Positions 50,884 to 63,088 of a stretch of 64,000 bases of DNA are shown one piece after another (the first letter of the stretch is position 1; each line of letters begins with the position of its first letter). The notes under the pieces were generated by a model. That model ran no database searches, was not told the origin of the DNA, and saw only the letters and a list, made by a program, of their open reading frames with translations. The stretch is from Dimorphilus gyrociliatus. Its lineage: Eukaryota > Animalia > Annelida. The stretch is from assembly GCA_904063045.1 (NCBI GenBank), contig CAJFCJ010000015.1, positions 1,185,034 to 1,249,033 of the forward strand, given 5' to 3'. Made by a program: the position numbers and the translations under genes.

Positions 50884-53800
50884 TTTTCCGTGTTGTTTGC
50901 TGCTTGTTTGTCGAGTGACTGCTGCGGCGACCCGCTATTTGCTTAGTTCGTACAAACAAGGTTTCGTTATATATTTTGCACGGTATCTAGTAGGTAAATA
51001 AAAGAGATATAAGACGGACAGAGATTCCTTTTCCTAAATCCTTTGGGGTTAGAGCTAAAAATTCCGGAAATAATAATCGGGTTTAAGGGTGAGGAAAGTA
51101 ATGGTATTTCCCCCTTTTTTTTAATCGGACTGTTTCCCTTTAACGTTTTTCTCTTTCTCTTTCAATCTTACTTTTTCTTTCTTTCTTTCACCCAAGGACT
51201 TTCAAAAGGCTGTCCGTCAACGAAATCACACCGTATCAAACCCCCTTACAGAGTGAACACGTGCCGAACACACGCTAACGCAGCGGGGAGAACTCGGCCA
51301 ACCTCAATTATTATGCGCCAGTCAAACTCGCACTTCCTTAACCGTATAACAAACGGCTATTGAAGGAAGCTGTCGGTTAGGAGGCGTAATTGCCTCAAAT
51401 CGTTTCTATAGACGACCGTTCACCGGGGAGCGGCGCGTCGTACGTGCGAGTCGAACTAGACAGCTGTAGAGATTGAATCAGCGCAATGTGTCGGCGACGC
51501 CTTTGAGATAGTCGCAGTCTACACAGCAGGCCACATCCTCGAGCAGGTGCAGGCACGCAAAGACGGTCTGACGCTTCGTAATCCGGCCGGGCGTCACCTG
51601 ACCGAGCCAATGTGATTATGCGCGAAGCGAGTGAAAGGCGAGAAACTGCAACAGAGTGAAAAATTGCCGATCTATACATCAGCTCACGCCTACCAGATTA
51701 TCCTCATCTTACGTATATACCCTGGTTTTACAATATATACAACATAACGAAATGTCTTATATAGATTCATGTTTTATAATTAGAAACGTCTTTAATAATA
51801 AATTAATACAAAAAGGTAAAACAACTCAACAGATTAAGACCATTACGTAATAAAATCGCATGAAATAATTAAAAGTGAACAATAAGGAATGTTAAATATC
51901 TTTATAGCAGTTTTTTTTAATCTGTTCATTCATTCATTCATTCATTTGTTCGTTCAGTCATTCTCTTGTGTTTTCCTTCTTTCTTTTCTTTCTCTCTCTC
52001 TCCATTTAATTTTTTCTGCTTTTTTCTACAATTTTTAATCAAACTCCGAAAACGTTTCGAGTACCGTTCGAGGGTTTCTACAAGCGGCAAACAATAATGT
52101 AGAACAATACGCCAACAATCCGTCTATAATGATTGACTTGGCGTGCATGGCGCACTGAATGTCGTAATCATTCGCCGTCCTGCACGCACCTCGACGCCGC
52201 TACAACATTTCAACCGATCACGTTTGTCATTTTTGCCTTAAAGTGCCTGTCGCTAAGCGCTTTGTTTATTCACGTCCCTTGTATTCTACCCTCATTTCGG
52301 TCCAGGGCGGTGGCCTCAACAAGTGATTTTAAAAATTCATCATAAAGTACGCGACGCTGGCGTCATACGTACGCCTTTAGACTACTAAATATATCTTTAT
52401 TTGTAAATATGTTGCGAATAAATCATTGTAGTATTTATATACGTTATATAAGTATATGCTAAGTGTTTCATACTGCTTTCTATATGGATATGTAAATAAA
52501 CTAAGAGACTCTATTCCCCTCCCATCCGCCTTTTCTTGACCGCTCATCGATCAGACTGACAAGGCAGTTATATGAAAGAAAAAAGTGTTCGACTCATCAT
52601 TAGTCTGCTACGAGCTTTGAAGGCATTCGAAGGCTGCGACTGAGCGAATGCTTAATGCGGCCACTTGCAGCCCCGGAAAGGTTCGAACGTCTTCGTTGTA
52701 GCTTTTATCTTTTCAAGTTTTCCCTCACCTCTTTTCCCTTTTTTCTCGCCAGCACGTCCGCAGCGTGTGAATAGCTTGATTATATTACGCCCTAATGAGA
52801 TTCACCGCCTTTTATTGTTTGCGTCGCTTTGACCGAGTTTACTCGTTAACGCTAACTAATGAATTTTATTCCGTATGGTTTTTTTCCTTAAATCGTTTCT
52901 TTGCCCATCTCACCTTGTAATTATTACGGCTGTTTCGTTATGTTTACAATTTCTCACCCTACTACTATCCATTTACCCGTCACTCAAAACAAATAGTATA
53001 AAGGAGATATCAACTTTCAATTACATCCCGGAAATCGGACAAATCGCATTATATGCTCAGAACGGCATTACATTCCACTACCTGAAAAACGATAGATGGC
53101 GTAATAAGATGTTTTCATCTATTCTCTTTCTTCTCATCCAATAATAGCTCCCCTATTAAAAATATGTTTTATTGTTGGTCTACTTCCTAATAGATAAAAG
53201 TTTACATGTGAAGGCTATCAAATAAACGTCATTTTAATTAACTAGCGGAAGATGTATAATGCAGATGGTGCTAATCGACGAAACGCCGTCGTCTATTAGC
53301 TGCCTAAATTGATCAAATCGGTAGATACTCTCCAATTTACTTCCTTTTCAAGTATTTATATTCGGTACTAGGTCGGTTTGGTCAAAGAAGAATCGAGTTA
53401 ATTCAAAATTGCTAAATTAACAATTAAGAAATTAAAAGTATACTTTTTTTTTTTAATAAAAAAAAATTATCCTTTATAGATTCCACATCAATAATTTATG
53501 AAGATGAAGATAAGGAAAGAGTGAAAGTCCCTAAAAAGAAATAAAAGATTATGGAGGAGAAACAAATTCATATATTGAATTTATATAGATATATAAATGG
53601 TTTATAATGTATACCATATTAATTACGTCCAAGGTTCCGAAGATAATATATTTCTAATTTTTATCAATAATAGAATAATGAGCAATAAAAAATGGTTTTT
53701 TCATTTTGTTGTATAAATCTTATAAATAATTGAATGCTTTTTCAATTTAACTCTATCAGCTTTTTAAATAGTAAAACCAGTTTTCTCTCCTTCAAATAAA

Positions 53801-54160
53801 CATTATACGATAAGGCTATTCAGTCATAAACCTTAACATTTTAGCGTTTTTATATATTAATATAAATTATTATTATTACATCACTCTGGTCCCTTTGACA
53901 ATCTTCTCTCTTTTTATTTTTAACTTTATCCCCGCTACTTTCTGTTATTCCGATTTGGGCGTTTCCCTTTATCCCACCTCCTTTTTAATACGAATAATTA
54001 AAACGGACAAAGAGAAGAGATGAATACTAATTAATAGTCTTTATAACGTAAAATGTGTGCCATATATAAAAATGACTAAAACACTAAAACACAACTTAGA
54101 AGAACAATAGGGGAAGAAAACATTATGTAAATCTTTAGGGAAGAAGAACACAAAAGCGTT

Positions 54161-56386
54161 CTACGTGACGCTACTGTTACGGATGTTACAGAATAATTTG
54201 TCTTTATCTCCTACATTGTAGTATTTCTGTTGTGCGCGGGAATTATTTTTTGCCATACAATCAGGTGTTATATTTGCTGTAGTCTCTTTATCATCAATAT
54301 CCTGTGAACTTTCTAATAAACTCTTAATTTCTTCTTCCGTTTTCTTATGTCTTTGTCTTTTGAAAAGACGCCATCTTTCTTTCGATCGGAAAGCGGCTGT
54401 TAGTGTCAAAACGAAAATAATAATTGCTACAAAGACTAACACAAGGCCAAATCTCTTTCCAATATTCTGTACATTTCCGTTTTTTGGGTTTTCATCTGCC
54501 GCATGAAAAGACTTCATCTTCGCTGTGAAAGAAGATAAAGTAATGCAACCTTTTTCCGGATGACAGTATTTTTTCTGTCCGCATTCCGTGCCATATTGAA
54601 AAGCAGTCCTACTCTTCAAGGCTTTTACAAACTTTTGATTAAGGAGCGTCAAGTTATAAAATGTTGTAATTATCCTCTTCAAATGCTTCTTAAACTTTCC
54701 CAATTTAATTGAACCTAAATCTAGACACTTCCTAGAAAAGGCCATTTTACACCTCGGATAACAAGCATTATCCTTTTTTCTACATTCCCTTGACTTTACT
54801 AGGTTTCTTTCAAATCCGATCTCTACTAGACTATCTTCTAAACCTTTGCAAGCCGAATAACACTGTCCTAAAGAGCATCTATCCGATCTCCCGCACCATG
54901 TTGATGAGGCTACTTTTGATATTGTTCGAACACATTCGGGCGAATTTCCGCTACAAATTAAATTTACAGAGCAATTTAGTGTAATCGTCGACCTACAGGG
55001 ATGGAAACGTGGTGCAAGAGTACAATCTTCCAAACAGCAACTTAGCGTATCATCGCAAGATGCGAAAGGTTTTAAGCGACATGATTTCGAGCAGCACGCG
55101 CCTTCGGAATCGCATTGTTCGCCCTCTTCAACCTTGCCTAAAGGGAAGAACGATATGTACATAATCGATTAAGGGCTAAATGTTGCATAATTTAGGTGAA
55201 GAGTATAAGATAACAACTCAATAATTGTTAATAATAAACTAATTCTCTGTTTTTTTTTAAATACATAGTAATAGGATAAAACCCCTACCATACCATTTCC
55301 ACAAAATGATTTCATTTCTCCTCTAACTCCATGAAAATTCCATTCACCGAATTTAGAAATCCCATTGTAAATATCTTTTTTAACCTTCTCCTCAAATTTA
55401 ACTATGTTTTTTTTAAGTAATGCGCTATTGCTCATTCCCAAAGCTCTCCCTACGAGATGAGTTGTCAAAATATGTAATTTCTCAAATTCTATAATAGTCC
55501 TATCACTCTTCTTTAGATTTACATAAATCGTATTAAATGAACAAGTGTTCTTTCCCCTATTTTGTCTTCCAGCCCACGCTCCCACAAAACCGTCCGCTAA
55601 AACTCTATCCTTAACCTTATTAACTTTCGAAAAATCGATTATAAGACCTAAGCAAGCTGTCGCTAATAAGCCTGGTCCATTACATGCTAGCTCCTTTAGA
55701 AGTTCAACAGTTGATGATCTATTTGCATGTTTTTGACATATTCTAGAATGTTTCATGTGTTTATTGGAACAATAAGATTCATCAGCAAAGATAACTCGTT
55801 CCAGGCGAAGGTTAATTACGTCATCCAATTGTTCTGATGCGTAAGTTAGTGTAGAGGCTATTAAGGACACCGTAGCTGCCCTTGAAGTAGGCCAAACGCG
55901 TCTCATGTCTCTCCATTCTCTGTTTAATGATTCTAACGCAGTTCGAGTAACCAAAACGTGTATGGAACATATATTTTTCTGATTTGTTTCTTTCTTCCAT
56001 TTTCTCTTCTTTCTTTCGTGTGTTTCGTTTTGGCCTCTTCTGACTACCGCTCCCTTTAATTTACCCTTCTTATCATAGCTAATAAACATCGAAGTATCAA
56101 TAGTTCTAATCCAACCTATAAAATCACCATTATCCGATAAACTCCCCCTTACAGAACTACCTTTAACGCCATCTAGTGATCCTGAATACCACATTTTTGC
56201 GTCAAACTGTTTGTCAACATATACCGTATTATTATAAATAAGACTGTAAGATCGGCCTAAAATCCGACCAGATTCCTCTAGATCTAATTTCAAAGTGTAA
56301 CTTGTTTTCTCCCATATTAACCTGACTTTAGTGATGCCTTTACAAGTAGATAAAACAAAAATAACAAATAAGACATAACTGTACAT
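54161..56386 (-). CDS. ADAM10/17-like protein with a degenerate metalloprotease active site; 2 exons (56386-55294, 55137-54161), ~689 aa
   Basis: Signal peptide, prodomain-like YSGSLDGVKGSSVRGSL, RKKR site, ACLG-type motif, CGNGKVEEGEQCD across the intron, disintegrin/Cys-rich region, TM and tail. The zinc motif reads THLVGRALGMSN. Confidence 0.8.
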
Positions 56387-56625
56387 AGCTTTATAGTTAA
56401 ATTTTGTTTACAAACAATACAAAAAGTAATGAATTTAGATTCAGTAGCAATCTATTTTAATATTTACATTAAAATTATTCAAATTTAAAAAAAAATGAAA
56501 AGAAAGAAATGAACAGAATGTTACTTCTCTATGTATTTTGCCCTAAATGATGTTGTTAGAGTAACAATGACGATGGAAAATTTTCCTTTTCTTTTAGAGA
56601 TGAACATAAATTAGCAAACAGAGAC

Positions 56626-57924
56626 CTATTTACAAGTATATGATAGTAAATATTCCGGATAGCATTGATTATGATCGAAAATAACAAAAATTTTAGGTTT
56701 ATTTACGTTATCAACTACAGAGTCATACAATTCTTCCTGAGGTTCTAAAGGATTTTTAGGTGGAGGTCTGACGTATTTTTCACTCCCTTTTGTGTAGTCT
56801 CCGGCGCAAACTCTGCAAATGAAAACCCATCTAATGTTGCCTTTTGTATAGTTGTGGGCAACGACTGGGAAGGGTGTAAAGTAGCTTCCACTACCATGCA
56901 CTTTACGAGCGTTTAATCTTGGATCGATGTTTTGTGATAAAATCGCTTGAACGGAAAATTCACTTTGTGTTCCATGGAAAAGAATTAATTCCTTCTTATT
57001 CTTCATTAAATTTTTCTTCGTTACAAAAGATTGCCATAATTTTGTATTTTGAATACGGCAAACATCCAGGATTTTTAACGATACGCCAGCTACTTTATAC
57101 CTCATGTTAACCCATTGAAATTCGTTGTCATTTGGATTTAACGGTATCAATTCATAGTTTGTAGAGTTATCCAATGGTGACCAATATTTTGGAACTGCAT
57201 GTAATTGACTTAGCTTAAATTCCACCGGCTCATTTGGAGAAGGATAGCTTTTCTCTTCAATTAACATGCTACTATCGATAAATAATGGGCGTCTTCTTAT
57301 CGAAGTTTTATCATGATTTGTCAAGTTAAGAATTTCATCAGTCTTTAAATTTAGGAGGAATATATTTTTTTTATTTGAAGAATGTAATTTCGATATGAGA
57401 TTTGCTTTAAAACGATATATATCTTGACCAGAAGTGTATTTTATTTCCAAAATATATTGACAAGGAATATTGCTAGTAGTTTCGAAAGGACACCATTCCC
57501 ATGATCCTCTTAAATTAATTTTGATATACCATCTCCATTGCGTAGCTGTTAAAGCCTGTTTGTTATTTACATAACTTCTTGTCGATATTCTTTGAACACA
57601 ATCGACTACTGTTGAAACACTCTCATCCGGATTAAGTTTTTGTATCATAGCAGCCATCTTTGAAAAATTAACTTCATATTTTAAAGTGTTATTTAAGAAT
57701 AGTACACCAGTGCTCTCACAATTGACATTACAAAAATGCTGTTCAATACTTATTTGCTGTTCTTTCGATAATAAATAGTCAAAGCTATCAAAGATCCAAT
57801 GGTATGTTAAACGATGTTCTAGATGCAAATCTTCGCAATTCTCTTTCGAACATTCACCTTGCAGTATAAATTTGTCACATAAATAACTTAATTTTCCTTT
57901 TTCACTTTGTATTTTACAAGACAT
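56626..57924 (-). CDS. Intronless CCCH zinc finger - WWE - PARP protein (PARP12/TIPARP/PARP11-like mono-ADP-ribosyltransferase), 432 aa
   Basis: CDKFILQGECSKENCEDLH zinc finger, two WWE-like segments (YEVNFSKM; WRWY..WEW), catalytic LFHGT, GSGSYF and YDSVVDN..PKIFVIF..QCYPEYL. Confidence 0.88.
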   Translation of the reverse strand: MSCKIQSEKGKLSYLCDKFILQGECSKENCEDLHLEHRLTYHWIFDSFDYLLSKEQQISIEQHFCNVNCESTGVLFLNNTLKYEVNFSKMAAMIQKLNPDESVSTVVDCVQRISTRSYVNNKQALTATQWRWYIKINLRGSWEWCPFETTSNIPCQYILEIKYTSGQDIYRFKANLISKLHSSNKKNIFLLNLKTDEILNLTNHDKTSIRRRPLFIDSSMLIEEKSYPSPNEPVEFKLSQLHAVPKYWSPLDNSTNYELIPLNPNDNEFQWVNMRYKVAGVSLKILDVCRIQNTKLWQSFVTKKNLMKNKKELILFHGTQSEFSVQAILSQNIDPRLNARKVHGSGSYFTPFPVVAHNYTKGNIRWVFICRVCAGDYTKGSEKYVRPPPKNPLEPQEELYDSVVDNVNKPKIFVIFDHNQCYPEYLLSYTCK

Positions 57925-58142
57925 TTCGAAATATGTTTCTTAAGTGAACGCATAAATGAAATTGTAATAACGTTGCGCAATATTTCACTCGAAAATTCTT
58001 TGTTTCTGTTTCTGTTTCTGTTGAAGAAATGACTTATAATAATATAAACTCTAAAAATAGAATAATTAGCTGTTAGAAATTCTATAAATAAGAGACAACA
58101 GATTTTTATGTGATATACTGTATGAATATTTTGATTACATGA

Positions 58143-58153
58143 TAGATGGCGCC
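58143..58153 (+). promoter_or_regulatory. CTCF-like core TAGATGGCGCC upstream of the PARP gene
   Basis: Motif match about 220 bp upstream of the ATG. Confidence 0.4.
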
Positions 58154-59551
58154 AGTTTGAGTACTGATAAAAATTATGATTTCATAAAATTTATTGTGAA
58201 AACTATAATCTCTACACTTTTTTTTTCTTTTAATAAAAAACAATCTTAAAAACCTTATAGAAAACATTGAAGATAAATAAGCTGTTGAAGCAGGCCTCTT
58301 TCCAAGTATTTACAGATTTTATCTGAATTAAAAGGGAAAAAAATGGCGTCAATTAAATACAGTTTTTGCAAATAAGAAATTAACTATGAAATATGCAGTT
58401 TAAATATAGTTGAGACTAACCAAGGAAATATAATATTTTATACGTTATTTTTACTTTAATACTTAGCTAAATTGTAGATAAATAGTAGTATTTTTAACAA
58501 AATTTTGAAAGTTAAAAAACGGTAATTTTTTTTTGTTATTATAGAGGGAAAACTGGAAGCAGTTAAAATCACTCCAAAACAGGACGAACAAAGGAATGAA
58601 CCAATCAGCTTTTTGCTCGAGTTCGTTACGACCTGAGCAGTGTCATAAGTAGTGCTCAGATTGTAAGAAAAAGTGAATAATCAAGATCGAAAAGAGAACA
58701 TTAAAGTTAGAAACATCGTAAATCTATCAAGAATAGATGTATCCCAAAACGTTTGCTTTTATATATTGGATCATTTGGAAATAAGGAGAGAAAAGCTATA
58801 ATCAATGGAATAGAATTGTACAATATAATGTTCTAAGGATTTCCTTTTCCTAAATTGTCAGCTGTAAATGATGGATACAGGATGTTTAAAGTATGCACTT
58901 ATGATAATCATGAAAAATAAAATTTCTACTGAGGAAAGGAAAGAGGATAAATGATCTATTATCTTTTGATGTCCCTAACAAATTCAGGGGGGCAATCAAT
59001 CTCATTTTTGATCAGCAAGGGCTTAGTTGTATATATGAAAAAGGGTCGACAGCGCAAAATGCTCTAGATGTAAGAGAATAATAAAATCGACATGTACTAT
59101 TCATATTTATCGATTAATCTCTACGATTTCGATAGCTGTGACTATCCAGATGAATAATAATACGAGTCCGGACATAAGATAGACAATATATATGTCAACA
59201 AGTTACATTTAAAGAATGCAGTTTTGGCCTACTTATTCAAATGCTTGCCAACATTGAAAAAGATTATCAGACAATATTTGTATGTATATACACAACAATA
59301 AAAAAAGGCGTCTAAGAATGAACACTTAAATGATTTTATAGATAAAAAGATACGAGGTATTAAAAAAAAACAACTAATAACAATATATATAGATAATAAA
59401 ATTTTCAAAGACAAGGTAGTCTACTTCATCAATTCAATAAATAATTAATCATATATTTCTAGGCCTAGTCAAGTATTTTTTTTATATTTGCTTAACTGAT
59501 AAATCATAAAAAAATGATAACATAATAATAAACAAATAAAATCATAGAGTA

Positions 59552-59578
<27 letters not shown>
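59552..59578. repeat. (GA)n microsatellite
   Basis: Seen directly. Confidence 0.9.
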
Positions 59579-59582
<4 letters not shown>

Positions 59583-60635
59583 GTGGAGGAGATATACACT
59601 AATACATACAGAAATGAAACTACCTACTCTACAATAATAGTATAAAGAATAAAGTAAATATTGATAAAGAATAACTTTTTAGTAGAAAGAAACAAATGAA
59701 ACGAAAGAGAAAATATAAGAATAAATAAATAAATACTAAATGAAAGATAATGCCAAACAAGGTCATTTAGTGTCAATAGCAATCCAAAATATTGGCAAAC
59801 TCATTATTAACATTTATCAATTACTTAAATTATTATTTCTAGGCCTAGAATAAATTATTTAATTTGATATTTACAAATAAAAATTATTAAATAGGTAGAT
59901 TAATAGTTGAAATACTAATATTTATTCTATTTAAAGATGTTAAACTAAATTGTCATAAGTATCTACTGTAGTCAAGAAGTATAAAATTACAAATAGCTGT
60001 ATTTAAAAAACAATTGTATCAACAACGCGTGTATGAATGAAAGAGAGGGACAGGGGCGAAGACTTGGGGACAGAAGGGTGTGTGGTGGGGGAGAGAGTAA
60101 GCGGTGTAGGCAGAGAAACTCGTAGCGACAAGGCTTGCACCTACGTACGAAAGAAATACAATATAAAGAGAAGGTTAATGAAATACTATTTAATGAGTTT
60201 TGATAAAAAATATGAAGACTATTGGTTTTTTTTTTATAGAGGCTTTGATATAGCGGCAGCTAGAGATTTTTACGGGCAAATAATGTTAAGTTGTTGAGAT
60301 TACCAAGTTGTATTGTTACTGGATTAAATCTATACGCCATTCAAGTGTTATTGCTAACTAAAAGTAGAAATGTTTTAGCGAGAACATTACTTTTTAACTA
60401 TTTCTTTCAAATATGATATCGGAAACGTCTAAAACTCAGTCCGTAAGTATTAATAACGTTCAATAAAACGCTTTTGTTTAATGTAGAAAGACTGGCTACA
60501 TATTTTCTATTTAATTTTGAATAATTGACAAAACTTTTTTGTGTACACTTAATGTCATATAGACTAGAAAAGGGAACGGTTGTCTTATATTACTTTCAAC
60601 AGGTTACCTTCTCTCAAAACTGCAAAAGTTTTGAA

Positions 60636-62840
60636 ATGAATAGTAATTTAGAACTATCGAGTATTGGTAGTAGGCAATCCAGAGGCGGTTCTTTATCATC
60701 CGCTCATATGGAGCGTAGTCGTCCCGGTAGCGAAAAGATATTGATTACAGAAGTAGAGGACACGAATGAGGACGATGAAACCTTAAGGAGACAACGTCTG
60801 GGAGATTTAGTAGGTGACTCTCACGATTATTTAAAATCTACAACAGACGATCCCGAAAGCTACGATACGGATTTAGAATACGATGATAATGGTTAATTAT
60901 TATCTTTATGTATATCTCTCATTTAGTTCTATTTTATTCGTCTGCTAATTCATTTTAGAATTCTTAAACGACAAAATCCAATTTGATCCAACTGGCATAG
61001 CAGACTATATTCAACAATGCAATAAGCTAGGTGTCATTCCGGTGTCATATTTCGTTAAACATGTTCATGATAAAGAATTCATCATGAGGAACCATGGTCT
61101 CGGGCCAAATGGTGCAAAAGCTATATCAAAGCCCCTTCAACTTAACACAGAAGTTGAAAAGATCGATCTTGAAGGCAATCAAATAGAAGGTGTCGGTTGT
61201 TTTTACCTTTGCAAGGCGTTGAGGGATAATAACTACGTTACAGAATTAGTGAGTAAATTGACGAAACTTATCTGTCCATTCGACTAAAGGGTAAAAGGGT
61301 GCTAAAAGATCAAAAATCTTACGTATTTGCCAGATTTTAAGAGAAAATCAGATTGGAAGAGAGGGAGCTGAAGCTGTATGCACGATGTTATCGAATAATA
61401 GTATAATAACAAGTCTGGATCTTTCTGGTAACAATTTAAAGGACACTGAAGGCGAATTATTCCATAGCTTATTAATGGTTAGGCCCTTCTTTATGCAGTT
61501 TAACCCGTAATTCTTATTCAATCTCTTTTCCATGCCTTATATATATACAGAATAATAGCGTGATTAGAAAATTACTTTTACGTCATAATGAATTGTCTGT
61601 AAAGTCGGCCAAATATTTTAAAGAGATACTCTCAGAGAATGAAACTTTGAGGGAACTAGATCTTAGCTGGAATCACTTTCGTACTCAAGGAGCTGTTTGG
61701 ATAGCTCAAGGCGTTATGGTAATTGTTATTTTATTTAAATATACAACAGGATTATTCTTATTAAAAAAAAATACTTCTCTGACAGGAAAACTATGGTCTA
61801 AAATCTCTTTTATTAGAAATGAATGGATTCGGTTTAGAAGGTGCTGAAGCTATGGGACATGCTCTTAAACATAATCAGTCATTATCGTATTTGGAATTAA
61901 GTAACAATAGAATACCAGACGACGGTGCAAAAGCAATTATAAAATCTTTACAATCCAATGAAATTTTGGAATTCTTATCTCTTGGATTTAATCCAATAAC
62001 GGCGGAAGTTTGTGATTTGTTACTAAAATCCCTGCAGACAAATGAAAATTCACATTTAGAAAAGGTACGAACCAAATTATACCTAATAGTCAGCCTACCT
62101 ATAGTTATTTTTTGCCCTCAATTCATCCCCATACTGTACAAACATACTTAAAGTTAAAAAAAAGTAGCCTTACACACATAACGTTCTTCTTTTTATAGAT
62201 TGAACTTCCGGGAGTTCTTGTTTCAGAAGAATTTTCAGAAAATTATAAAATATTACAGCAAAAGAGAGAAATTTTTATTAATCACGGAGGTGTTGTAGCC
62301 CAACGTATATCTGGAGATTTTGAAATTGATTTAGAACAAGCCTATCATAAGTAATAAGCACAATAACATAATTAATCCCATTAACAATTAACAAATGTTA
62401 ATTTATTAATAGAGATCCAATGACTAAATTACAAAATTTTGCAAAAAAGAAGAAATTTCGTCTTGTTGATTTATTTAGGCAATTTGACAAAGATTGTAGT
62501 TGGAGTGTTAGTCATGAAGAATTTCGTTTAGGAATTAAAGCATCTGGAATTGAAATGAGCGAAGCAGATATTTGCAAACTATTAGATAGGTTGGATGCTG
62601 ATGGCGATGGAGAAGTAGACTATGGGTACTGTTACTTATTCACTAGATTTCTTAGCATTCTAGAATATCTTTGCTGACATATTTCTTCTATTTTCCTTGC
62701 CTCTTCCTTTTTCTTTTTTTAACAGAGAATTGTTATTTGGAGACAGTGAGCATAGAAAATTTAAAAGAGACATTGAAAAGACTAAACAGAAAGAATTGTC
62801 TAATTTATCAACTAACAAAGACAAATCAGCAGAACCTTAA
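60636..62840 (+). CDS. Leucine-rich repeat protein 74-like with C-terminal EF-hands; 8 exons (60636-60891, 60959-61248, 61334-61477, 61551-61718, 61786-62064, 62199-62350, 62413-62625, 62726-62840), ~538 aa
   Basis: YIQQCNKLGVIPVSYF..MRNHGLGPNGAKAI typical of LRRC74, RI-like LRRs (LDLSWNHF, LELSNNRI) and EF-hand loops DKDCSWSVSHEE and DADGDGEVDY. Confidence 0.85.
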
Positions 62841-63088
62841 TCAGCAATAATTTTTAAGGACTATTTGAAAACAATCATTCTCCCCTCATTTCTTTCTAAT
62901 ATTTATTAAGAGTAACCGGAAATACAACATGCTATAGGGCAAAAAAATTATTCTCGTAGATTGCGGAATTCTTATGGCAGTTTCATGCTCATGGCTTTTA
63001 TAAGAGTTAGCTTCCTTTGTTAAATTAATAAATACATTTCATTCAAGCCTACGCCTTTGAGACCGGATATTGTTTGGGGCGCCTTCGA

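Noticed and set aside
51945-51960. TTTGTTCGTTC resembling the 5' end of miR-375
   Set aside because: It is embedded in a (TTCA)n simple repeat, the match stops after 11 nt, and there is no pre-miRNA hairpin.
52615-52700. GGTTCGAAC (tRNA T-loop/B-box-like) next to a 7-9-bp hairpin
   Set aside because: The T-stem does not pair, and there is no acceptor stem, D-arm or A-box spacing; not a tRNA.
47900-53400. Short ORFs at 48063, 48340, 48970, 49028, 49635, 50500, 51043, 51395, 51656, 52133 and 52875
   Set aside because: They are low-complexity or alternative-start artefacts with no domain motifs or consistent splice structure; only 50390-50483 fits as an exon.
58500-60600. Possible separate gene between the PARP and LRRC74 (CCAAT at about 58600, ORFs 59229 and 60037)
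   Set aside because: No coding signal or consistent exons; more likely the promoter, 5'UTR and intron of LRRC74.
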